DNA of 64,000 nt from contig NC_068984.1 in the NCBI RefSeq assembly GCF_001194135.2, positions 30,908,126 through 30,972,125 of the forward strand, read 5' to 3'. Within the stretch, counting starts at the first letter, position 1, and every line of letters begins with the position of its first letter. Shown here one piece after another: positions 53,560-64,000 of the stretch. The stretch is from Octopus bimaculoides. Its lineage: Eukaryota. Under the pieces are notes generated by a model, which worked only from the letters and a program-made list of their open reading frames with translations, did no database searches and was not told where the DNA came from. Made by a program: the position numbers and the translations under genes.

Positions 53560-53750
53560 ATGTATATACATAAGGAGAATTCACACAAAAAGCAAACGAT
53601 GAAGACAGGTGGTGTAGACAACAAACAGATGTATTAGTTTAAAACGCAGGAAGTGAAAAGATCTTTAACGTTTCAAGCCTATGCTCTTGCACAGAAAGAA
53701 ACAAGGAGAGAAAATAAAGAATGTGTAGTGGCTAGCGATTTATCATGGTG
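53560..53750 (-). repeat. PLE-terminus-derived repeat, family A
   Basis: Reverse complement of the 4037-4200 repeat, including the CATGAT...GCTAGCCACTACACATTC head. Confidence 0.78.
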
Positions 53751-53800
53751 ATACATATATATATATATATATATATACATACATACATACATGCATATAT

Positions 53801-53861
<61 letters not shown>

Positions 53862-53869
53862 CACACACA

Positions 53870-55111
53870 CAGGGTGCGTAAGATATTTGAGGGCAGATTT
53901 ATGTTTAAAAAAACTGATACATAATAATAAATAATAACGTTATTTGTCAAAAATTGCTATAAGGATAAAAATAAACCTTTTTTATAATGTTATTCAATAA
54001 AGCCACCTTCAGGTTCAACAGCTGTTTCTATATGACATCTAAATCATCTACATGCTCGAATCAAGTGGTCCTGGTTCATTTTGGACATTACTCTATCTAT
54101 GGCAGATTTCAAAAGAATCTTTGGTGTTATGGGTGTGTTCATTGACCTCTCTCTCGACAACATTCCACATGTAATAGGCTAATGGATTGAGATCTGGAGA
54201 ATTAGGAGGCCAAATGTTATGGGTTATGTGATCATAAACATTTTCAGCCATCCATTCCATGTGTGATAGTGCAGTCTTACTAAAATGCATATGGCCTTCC
54301 ATTGTATACACTGTCTATCCAGGGCTTAGCAATTATTTCCAAGACCTCAATGAAGGTGGCAGAATTAACTCTAAGGCCTTGTGGAGAGACGTAAGGAGGC
54401 ATCACATGTCCTTCATTGATGACAACAGCTAAAACCATGACAGTTGCAGGAAATTTTGTATACATGACACTCAGAACTTCAGAAGGGTCTGCACATAACC
54501 ATCTGTCATTTCTTCTGTTAACATTTTGATCTTGGTCAAAGTTTTTCTCGTTTGAGAAAAACCAAATCAAATCTTCTGCTGGATTTTTCAGTTTGTTTAA
54601 GAGCCTTATAGATCTGATGTAGTGATTTTCTTTTGCTTTTTCTGATAAATTGACCTTCCCTCATCAAATAAGACTTATATCTGATGTTGTCGTGGACAAC
54701 ATTATTGACTGTTCCTTTTGACACATGGAGATCCTTTGCAATTGACCTGATGGACTTTCTGGGACTATAATCTATGGTCTGTTGAACTTGCTGGATAAAT
54801 TCAGGTGTTCTGATGATTTTAGAGCATTTAGAATGCTTTTTTATGCTTTGATACTGGTGATACATTTCCATCTTCTGTCTCTAGCTCCTTACAAACTTTG
54901 TAGATGAAAGATCTGGCAACTTTTGAAAATCGAGATATTTCTAAATTGCTATGCTCAACCTTTATAACCACAATAATAGCATGCCTCTTCATTTCTTGAG
55001 TAAGCTGAAAGTGTGGCATTATTATTTTCTGAAACAATAATTAAATAGAGTTTGCAAAAATTGCAGCAATGACCCAAAAAAGGTATGTCCTCAAATACCT
55101 AATGCATCCTG
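53870..55111 (-). mobile_element. Near full-length IS630-Tc1-mariner element of DD37D/maT type, inactivated
   Basis: TIRs CAGGGTGCGTAAGATATTTGAGGGCA / TGTCCTCAAATACCTAATGCATCCTG; frameshifted transposase MKRHAIIV...RTPEFIQQV...FFSNEKNFDQDQ...KFPATVMV...WPPNSPDLNPLAYYMW. Confidence 0.92.
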
Positions 55112-55823
55112 TATATATTTACACACACACACACACATATATAAATATTTATATATAGTTATATATATATATATATATNNNNNNNNNNNNNNNNNNNNNN
55201 NNNNNNNNNNNNNNNNNNNNNNNNNNNNNNNNNNNNNNNNNNNNNNNNNNNNNNNNNNNNNNNNNNNNNNNNNNNNNNNNNNNNNNNNNNNNNNNNNNNN
55301 NNNNNNNNNNNNNNNNNNNNNNNNNNNNNNNNNNNNNNNNNNNNNNNNNNNNNNNNNNNNNNNNNNNNNNNNNNNNNNNNNNNNNNNNNNNNNNNNNNNN
55401 NNATATATATATATATATATATATATAAACTACATTCACACACACACATACAGATTTTATTACTGAAGGACCTATAAAGGATCAAGGCTTATCAAAGTGA
55501 AGCACACCAAAGTTATTAGCCAGACAGCATGATGCAAGTCAGTCAGTTAAGTGATCCTTTACCATAGCACAAAAGAAAGATAAAAGGAAGATCACTGCTC
55601 TTTGGTAATCCACAACTCCATTATTATCCAAAAATATCTACAATTAACCTTAATCATGGTGTAAAAATAAAATAAAAATAGACAAATGAATAAGCTGATA
55701 TTCCTGAAACTGTTTTGTTGAGAGTGTTTATTGTGACATAAAGATGGTACTGCCAAGTACATCCATAATTAAATACTGGGTAACATATTACATAAACTTA
55801 TGGCTGTTGAGCAAACTGCTTAC

Positions 55824-55881
55824 CTGACTGCACCATGCTTACATCACAATAACGACTCTTTACAAAACAAGAGTAGAGATA
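55824..55881 (-). CDS. Candidate internal exon (phase 0 to 1; YLYSCFVKSRYCDVSMVQS)
   Basis: Minus strand TTGTTTATTTAG|TATCTC...GCAGTCAG|GTAAGC; 58 nt, one open frame. Could be chance. Confidence 0.3.
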
Positions 55882-56057
55882 CTAAATAAACAATTTATCA
55901 GTTTTTCTTACATATATATATGTGTGTGCATGTGTATGTATGTAAATATGTATGTATATATCTTTGTATTTACACACACACAATCATAGAAGAGTGTTGA
56001 GAACAAACAGACATTATTGGTTTTTGTACAATAAAGAAAAAATCCAGGTAAATATAA

Positions 56058-56088
<31 letters not shown>

Positions 56089-56519
56089 TATATAAATATT
56101 TTTGATATAAAATTAAACAAGCACCAAATAGTTGGACAAGAGCTGTCAGTAAAATTACCGGAGCTAATATGGAAATACATGTTCAATTATGTAAATTGGT
56201 TTGCATTAGCATATTTTACTTAAGTTTTAAACATGATCCTTTCCGTGATTTGAATAATGTTCAGGTGTTTAATAATTACACATTACATGGAAGGTTTATC
56301 ATTCTAATAGACAAATATATGTTTTTTTGTGTGTGTGTGTGTGATAGTTGCTGTTGCTTCGTATTATTTGTTGATATACTTGTTATTAATGGCAGGTGTG
56401 CATGGGGATGCTTGTATGCTTAAGGTTTCCATGCATATTTGCATATATTTGCTGGTTTGAGAATATGCTTATGAAATGCAATTTAAAGGTGACAAATACA
56501 ATGAAGCTTTAGAAATGGA

Positions 56520-56564
56520 TTGTTGATGTGCATGTGTGTGCATACATACATAGACATATATATA

Positions 56565-56600
<36 letters not shown>

Positions 56601-56670
56601 TGTATATACATACAGCATCAAACTAATATACTTGCTTGTTGTTCATACACCTGTCTTCATCTTTTGTTTT

Positions 56671-56701
<31 letters not shown>

Positions 56702-56794
56702 GCAGATAGATAGATGGATAGATAGATAGATAGATACATACATACATACATACCTGCATACAAACATACATACATACATACATGCATACAAACA

Positions 56795-56825
<31 letters not shown>

Positions 56826-57127
56826 GTATATTTCACAGAAAAAGCACCATTTGAGCATGGTCGATGACAATGCTGCCTGAGTGGCTCCCATGCCAGTGGT
56901 ACATAAAAAGCACGGTGCCATATCAGATTGGAGCTTGATGCAGCCTCCCGGCTTACCAGCTCTCAGTGAAACTATCCAACCCATGCCAGCATGGAAAGCA
57001 GACATTCAATGATGATGATGATGATGATGTGATGATGATATATGTGTGTGTGTGTGTTTGTGTGCATATATGTATATACATATATATATACATACATGCA
57101 CACATAACACACACACACACACACACA

Positions 57128-57197
<70 letters not shown>

Positions 57198-57680
57198 CAT
57201 GCATACATATGCATATATATGTATACACACATACACACACACACACACATATAGAGAGAGGGATGTTGTCGTACACTGCAAGAAATGCAATTAAATGTGA
57301 GTGTTGTACATTTGTTGAATACTCAACAAAGGAATTTCTGAATTTGAAATGTCATTATACTATATCAATAAATAGTCCAGAGAATTGAATGAGATGAGAC
57401 AGAGAAATATAGTATGATTGTGGTCTAAGTAAATGACTCAAGTGTTTGTGTTTATACACATGCACATGTGCACATATATACATGCATGCATGCATGCATA
57501 CATTAATGCAGGCATACATACATACATACATACATAGAGATATATGTGGAGAGCAAGAGAGAGAAAGAGAGAAACAGATAGAAAGTAAAATAGACAGACA
57601 GATAAATAGATAAACAAGCAGACAGATGGACAGGCAGACAGACAGACAGACACACACACAGGCAAACAGACAGATANNNN
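56520..57680. repeat. Large compound microsatellite field: (TA)n, (TATG)n, (GATA)n, (CA)n, (GACA)n
   Basis: Directly visible; encloses an RTE tail at 56830-57035. Confidence 0.97.
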
Positions 57681-58299
57681 NNNNNNNNNNNNNNNNNNNN
57701 NNNNNNNNNNNNNNNNNNNNNNNNNNNNNNNNNNNNNNNNNNNNNNNNNNNNNNNNNNNNNNNNNNNNNNNNNNNNNNNNNNNNNNNNNNNNNNNNNNNN
57801 NNNNNNNNNNNNNNNNNNNNNNNNNNNNNNNNNNNNNNNNNNNNNNNNNNNNNNNNNNNNNNNNNNNNNNNNNNNNNNNNNNNNNNNNNNNNNNNNNNNN
57901 NNNNNNNNNNNNNNNNNNNNNNNNNNNNNNNNNNNNNNNNNNNNNNNNNNNNNNNNNNNNNNNNNNNNNNNNNNNNNNNNNNNNNNNNNNNNNNNNNNNN
58001 NNNNNCCTTCTACTCTAATCTTGGGTATTAATTCTTCTATGTTGACTTAGTAGATGGATTTGTGTGCGTGTGTGTGTGTGAGTGTATGTGTCTCTGCATG
58101 TATATGTGTGCGTTTGTCTATAGGCCAGATATATATACACATCCACAGACACATAAGGTGGTGCAAAAACACTTGTCTACTGAAGGGTAAAAATTGCAAC
58201 ATCTACCTTTTTCTTCACCTTATATTTTTTCTGACAACTAGGATGTTAGCTGATGCACCTCCACTGATAATTGTGTCACTTAAGCAACAAAAGCTATCA

Positions 58300-58620
58300 G
58301 CTGCTTCTAGGGAGACTTCCAGGCATTGGGCTAAATGCATTTAATAGAGTTTTCTAAACTGTAACAGCTCTGTTGTCTGTATAATGTTAGTATGCATGGA
58401 CATTAGAGCAGAAATGAGCTGAGAGGAAAACTGGATATAGAGAGATACAGTTGTATGGAAGGTAAAAAGAAACAGTTAATTTTTGCATGTGATGTAGAAA
58501 GGTAGTTCATAGGAGTGTTAACAAATATTGATTACTAAAAAATAGATGAAAACTGTGGAAGATGAAAACTTAGGAAGACATGGGAGGGAGATGTCAAGGA
58601 TCATGAGAACAGGTAATGCA
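58300..58620 (+). mobile_element. Degenerate RTE LINE C-terminal fragment
   Basis: NVSMHGH*SRNELRGKLDI... and RKTWE-like segments match the RTE post-RT region. Confidence 0.55.
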
Positions 58621-58799
58621 CAATGGTGGAAAAGATACACAAACATGTGCAAGCATAATATAGCAAACGTTAAAATGTTAGTAGTGATAAAGTTTGAGGT
58701 GTATATGTCTATATTTGGGCTTCTCATCCATTATTATATCTCTGTTCATCCATCATCTACTGATCACCTTCATTTCTATCAATTGTCATCTCTCTTAAG

Positions 58800-59560
58800 A
58801 AGGACTGAATTGATTCTGTTTAACTTCTTTACCATCATAATACCTGTGGAATGAGTCTTAGCATCGGATCTGATTGCATCTGAAATATGTCTAACTTACT
58901 CCAATATATTCCAAAATCTATTGTAATATTCCTTGGCCACTCTAGACACACTTTCAGCACTGATATATAAACATTCTCATTAATTCTTTGGTACATGTAA
59001 CAGTCATCGTAGAAGATAAAGGTAATAGATAGGTCATTGATATTCATATTTTCAGCTGGTCATCTATCTTTACTCCATTAACTACCAACTATGAACACTT
59101 ATCAAGACATAGCCTCATCCCTATGCTATTTAGTATGTTGAAATCAGTTCTAAGTATCTCTTGACACCAAGAATATAACCCGAATGCAGTTTAAGATGAT
59201 CAAAGTTCATTAAATTTTCCTTGGCATTAATTTTTCCTTTTTCTGCAAATCCTAACCATGTAACCTTGGCATTTCATCAACAAGACTGACAAGGGGTTTA
59301 CTGCCAGGGCTGACAGCATTACAGACAAACTGTCACCAAGGAATATATCTATGGATGATCTAATTTTGTTTGCAGTTATAGTTGTTGCCTCTATCTTTAT
59401 TGATCAGTGTATGAACCATTTTTGCAAAGTCTTTTAATGGCATTGACAATAAGAGATGACCAGGTGTAGTGATGGTAATATTTATGAGTGATGGACAGAG
59501 TCAGATACATTTGCATAGTCTAGCCATGCAGCCTTTGGCAATGCTTCTTTGTTTCAGTGA
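58800..59560 (-). mobile_element. R4/Dong-clade LINE RT fragment
   Basis: AWLDYANVSDSVHHS (AWIDYKKAFDSVPHSW), GDSLSVMLSALAVNPLSVLL (GDSLSPLLFC.ALNPLS), DHLKL, GMRLCLDKCS (M.FGLDKCA), KEYYNR, in collinear order. Confidence 0.78.
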
Positions 59561-60269
59561 TGATAGCATTGTTGCATCAGAAGCTGTTCATGTACGAATG
59601 TGTGTGTGAGGGAGAGGGGAGAAAAGATAAGGGAGAGAAAGAGAGATAGAGAGTATGAGTGAGTCTTCTTATGTATTTATTTTCTATAGGTGGTGTGTAT
59701 CTGTGATCTTAGGAATCTTTTGGCCATTTTATACTGTTACTTGCTAATTCGAATTTTCTTAACAAAATATTATTATAAATATTTTAATAAACCCTTATAA
59801 TGTGATAGGATTTTTTTCTTCTTTTGTTATTCCATGAAGAAGATAAATAATCATATTTAAGAAATATTTTCTTTCTTTCTTTCCTTCTTTCTTCATTTAT
59901 TTTTACCAATTTTGTAATTCCTTATATAATGTAGAAAACATTTTATTGGTTATCTTGCTTTTATTGTGTGACATTCTCTTTATATCAGATTGATAGTTTT
60001 TTTTTTCTTTTATCATACGCTATATAAAATGATTTTATTTTCATGTACTACTTATGTCTAAAAAATCTGGATAATCTGTTATTTTCTTCTTTTTTTTTTT
60101 AATTCTCTCTCTCTCTCTTATGGATATATCTTTTATAATGGTTCTGAAACCCATCATTAAGAAACTGAAAGTGTATTTAAATTTGTTTATAATTTTTATT
60201 GTTATTCTTATTATCATTTATCTATTTATTTTGATAATAAAAAATAACTAAATTTATTATTAACAAGGA

Positions 60270-60916
60270 NNNNNNNNNNNNNNNNNNNNNNNNNNNNNNN
60301 NNNNNNNNNNNNNNNNNNNNNNNNNNNNNNNNNNNNNNNNNNNNNNNNNNNNNNNNNNNNNNNNNNNNNNNNNNNNNNNNNNNNNNNNNNNNNNNNNNNN
60401 NNNNNNNNNNNNNNNNNNNNNNNNNNNNNNNNNNNNNNNNNNNNNNNNNNNNNNNNNNNNNNNNNNNNNNNNNNNNNNNNNNNNNNNNNNNNNNNNNNNN
60501 NNNNNNNNNNNNNNNNNNNNNNNNNNNNNNNNNNNNNNNNNNNNNNNNNNNNNNNNNNNNNNNNNNNNNNNNNNNNNNNNNNNNNNNNNNNNNNNNNNNN
60601 NNNNNNNNNNNNNNNNNNNNNNNNNNNNNNNNNNNNNNNNNNNNNNNNNNNNNNNNNNNNNNNNNNNNNNNNNNNNNNNNNNNNNNNNNNNNNNNNNNNN
60701 NNNNNNNNNNNNNNNNNNNNNNNNNNNNNNNNNNNNNNNNNNNNNNNNNNNNNNNNNNNNNNNNNNNNNNNNNNNNNNNNNNNNNNNNNNNNNNNNNNNN
60801 NNNNNNNNNNNNNNNNNNNNNNNNNNGGTGGTGGTGGTGGTGGTGGTGGTGGTGGTGGTGATGATGTTGATAATAATAATGATAATGTTAATGATGATGA
60901 TGACAACAAGGATGAC

Positions 60917-60948
<32 letters not shown>

Positions 60949-60975
60949 CAACAACACCAATGCGAACAATGATGG
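60270..60975. other. Assembly gap 60270-60826 followed by (GGT)n/(GAT)n; other gaps at 7768-7828, 14582-14711, 34443-34989, 41311-41389, 55179-55402 and 57677-58005
   Basis: Runs of N. Confidence 0.99.
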
Positions 60976-61874
60976 TGGCATTGGTATGAGGAAAAGAAAA
61001 GGAGATATAATCTTCGAACAGGAGACCTTGCAAGAGAGTTTAGAACAACATGGACTCTTCAGGGGGCTCTCAATTAACCAGGTGGTTGTGTTAAACTAGG
61101 TAATAGATTACATTAATCCTCGTATTCCAAATTCTCACCCTTTGCAACTTATTCTCTATCAGACTGGGAACTCATTCTACAGATTCAATGGCCTATGTTT
61201 CTATGCAAATGATTCAACTCTGACAAATGAGATGCCAATTTGTGAATTACTCAAAATAGTGCTTGACTGGCTAATCCCATGATATAATCTGTTTAATTAG
61301 CAAATGAATGATAACAATAATAATGAATGATAATAATAATAACAACAACAACAGTAACAGAAATAACATCTTTATCACAATCATCACCATTCTTTGATAT
61401 GTGATTAGCTTAGGATGTATGCAGAACTAATTCTATTGTTCTTTTAATACATCTTGGCATTGGATCACTAAACAAATGTTTTTCCATCTTTTTCCTTCTG
61501 CTTCTAAATTACATTTCTCTTTCTTGCTCATTAATATCATTTTCATTGCCAATTTATAACCCAACAATTCTCCAACTTCTCTTGCTATATTATCACCAAC
61601 CCCACCATCTCCACCATCACCATCATCATTTGACATCCACTTTCCATGCCGGCATTGTTTCTACTGTGGAATCCTCTTCCTAATATCAGTTCTTTTCTTG
61701 CTCCACAACATTAGTGACGTCACTTTCCAGCTTGTAAGACTTAAAGATTTAAACGGGTCCCTATTGTTGGAGGAAATTAGGAGAGAGAAAGAGAAAGAAA
61801 GTGTGAGGAATAATTTGAGAGAAAGTGATAAGAGAGAGAAGTATGATGAGAGGAACAGGTTTATAATTGTGAGA

Positions 61875-62655
61875 TTAAGACCACCAAACAGTCACCATGA
61901 CCTTGTTTTGGTGCAACTTAGGCTTTGGGAAGTGCCGTGGAGTTTCGTCGGTCTCCAACTTCTGAGTTGAGAGTTGCCGGTTGTCGTAAAGAAATCACTT
62001 TTCATTGCACGTCACAATCCGGTCGAGAAACGGGTCATTCTTGTTGCGTAAAAGAAGGGAAGACACTTCAAACCGGCGTTTTTCTTTGTTTTTTTTTTTG
62101 GTTGCTGTTCAATTCGTGCGGCACCCATTTTTCAAGTATATTTGTTTTTCCAATTTCTTTCAAGTAGTTGGAAATTGTCGTATACGTTACGTCTAATTCA
62201 GAAGCAAGCTCTCAAACAGTTGTGCGTGGATCAGCCTTCACTAAGGCTCTTAGTTGATCGTTGTCAGCATCCGATGGCTGACCACTATGCTTATTATCTT
62301 CAAGACTCTCGTCACCGCTACAAAATTTCTTGAACCACCATTGTGCTGTATGGTCATTAGTGGTTCCTGGGCCAAACGCATCATTGATATCGTGAGCTGT
62401 TTCAGCAGCTTTTTGACCTAGCTTGAACTGGAATAAGAAAATTGTGCAAATTTGCAATTTGTCCATGTTGTATTCAACGTTCCGGAAAAAATGGCCCGAT
62501 TATTCAAAAAGAAACAGAGTAACACGATTAGATTGAGCAAAAAATGAGCTTTAAAATGATATATAAAGTCAAAGTAATTTCCTGAACATTAATTTGAAAA
62601 TACATCATTTAAAACCAAAATAAAAAATTTCGCAAGAACTTTCGTGAAAAACTAA
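61875..62655 (-). mobile_element. Mariner (Hsmar1/SETMAR-like) element, 3'-truncated pseudogene
   Basis: 5' TIR TTAGTTTTTCACGAAAGTTCTTGCG; MDKLQICTIFLFQFKLGQKAAETA...QWWFKKFCSGDESLED...WVPHEL...PFLDRIVTCNEK...PRHFPKPKLHQNKVMVTVWWS. Confidence 0.93.
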
Positions 62656-62773
62656 TACTACTATCTTTCACACATGTGACAGTAGTGACACCCTTTTCGA
62701 GCCCACTACTAGTGGGAAAACTTGCAATTTTTAGGCTTCCATTAGAAGATTTTTATTCAAATTATGTCATATT

Positions 62774-62819
<46 letters not shown>

Positions 62820-63906
62820 AGGTAATAACCTGTTATTCCCACCAGGTAAGGGTCTACAGTGACAGAACCTTTGATTTCATGCATGGCTATCAGGCTCACA
62901 TGAATTCATCCTCTAACAGATTCTTCAGAATATTACCAATACATTATCCTGGTCTGTAGTTTTTAGGGCTGCTCCATACAATACTAACAATTGTGTTGTA
63001 GGTTGCATTGCAGGGAATCCTTTGGATTTCTTTGCCATCATAACACTTCATTACTCAGTAGGTTCTCTGATGTTGTCTTCTTGTGTAAGCACAAATTTTA
63101 TTCAGCTTTTGCCTATTACATAAAGTCATTATAATTTTACTTAGTGGTGGCTAAGCTATGCTACCAGCATTTTCTTTCTCTATTTTTCTTGCACCATTCT
63201 CCCTAACTCAGCATATCTTTCTCTTTTGTTACCTTCGTTCATTGCTTACATCTTTCTGTCTCTCTGGATAGCCAGCTCCCATTCCTAATTGATTTAAATT
63301 CTGATCAGTGAAATTCCCTGACCACCAGTAGCACTCCCTATCACCACACTGACCTCAATTTCATCTTCTCCCCTCCTCTTTCAGTTTCATCTGTTCAATC
63401 CTCCTTCTTCTCCCCTGCCTTTCATTTTTTCTCTACTTCTATTCCTCTCCTTACACCACTTATATTCTCCTCCCTCTTGCTTTTTGCTCTTATTCTTTCC
63501 TCCTATCACACTTCAGCCTCTAAATCCCTGGCACTACTTTTTGAAATGCTTTAGCCAACTTTCTCTTGATGAGGGGAACTGGACTTATTGTAATATGACT
63601 GTTTAATGGTTGTATTCCCAAGACTTATACATTCTGTCTACAAGTTATGAACAGTACAATTATTACATAAATCGAAGCTACCTGGAACAGGTGTTGAGCA
63701 AAGTGGTTGTGTATTTTCTTCTTAATATTCTGTATCTTTTACGGAGTATGTAAATGTGTGTGTGTGTGCTTACCTTTCAGATTATATGAAGATGTATGTG
63801 TTTATGTATATCCATATATATTCTTATTTGTGTGTCTATCTGCCTGTCTGTATATATGTCAAGCCTAATTGCGTTTATCTGCATCACTACTTCCATATCA
63901 GCTCAC

Positions 63907-63991
63907 CTTGGATCTCTCTCATAGCCACTCTTGACACCATGGACCAAGTCATGAATGAAGAATTTGGAGTTTAAGTTCAAATTCATTTGAC
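63907..63991 (-). CDS. Candidate internal coding exon of an unidentified minus-strand host gene (phase 1 to phase 2; (G)QMNLNLNSKFFIHDLVHGVKSGYERDP(R/S))
   Basis: Minus strand reads GTTTTACAG|GTCAAATG...GATCCAAG|GTGAGC: acceptor (truncated by the window end), strong donor, 85 nt, one frame fully open, non-repetitive. Protein not recognised. Confidence 0.5.
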
Positions 63992-64000
63992 CTGTAAAAC

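Overview
AT-rich, repeat-saturated eukaryotic DNA with seven N-gaps, most of them abutting microsatellites. The repeat families (RTE LINEs with (GAT)n tails, tRNA-headed SINEs, dense (TA)/(CA)/(TATG)/(GAT) arrays) suggest an octopod cephalopod genome; this is an inference. No complete host gene, rRNA, true tRNA or CRISPR array is visible, and nearly all ORFs in the supplied track are artefacts of microsatellites, N-gaps or the antisense strand of transposons. The window is a transposon graveyard: several mariner/Tc1 elements and MITEs, a near full-length DD37D maT element, a hATm-like element with intact long TIRs and an 8-bp TSD, two older hAT remnants, RTE, RTE-X, Jockey/CR1-like and R4/Dong LINE fragments, and Penelope-like (PLE) RT and terminal fragments. 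A few minus-strand exon candidates (best at 63907-63991) suggest the window may be intronic to a large minus-strand gene. Most notable: (i) type I hammerhead-ribozyme-like motifs in at least four different PLE-terminus families, one with a non-canonical CUGUUGA core and one pair forming a ~240-nt foldback; (ii) a ~333-bp direct duplication that reads as a complete splice acceptor + last exon + AATAAA module; (iii) adjacent inverted SINE/LINE-tail pairs that would give long dsRNA; (iv) two apparently identical RTE 3' ends 28 kb apart.
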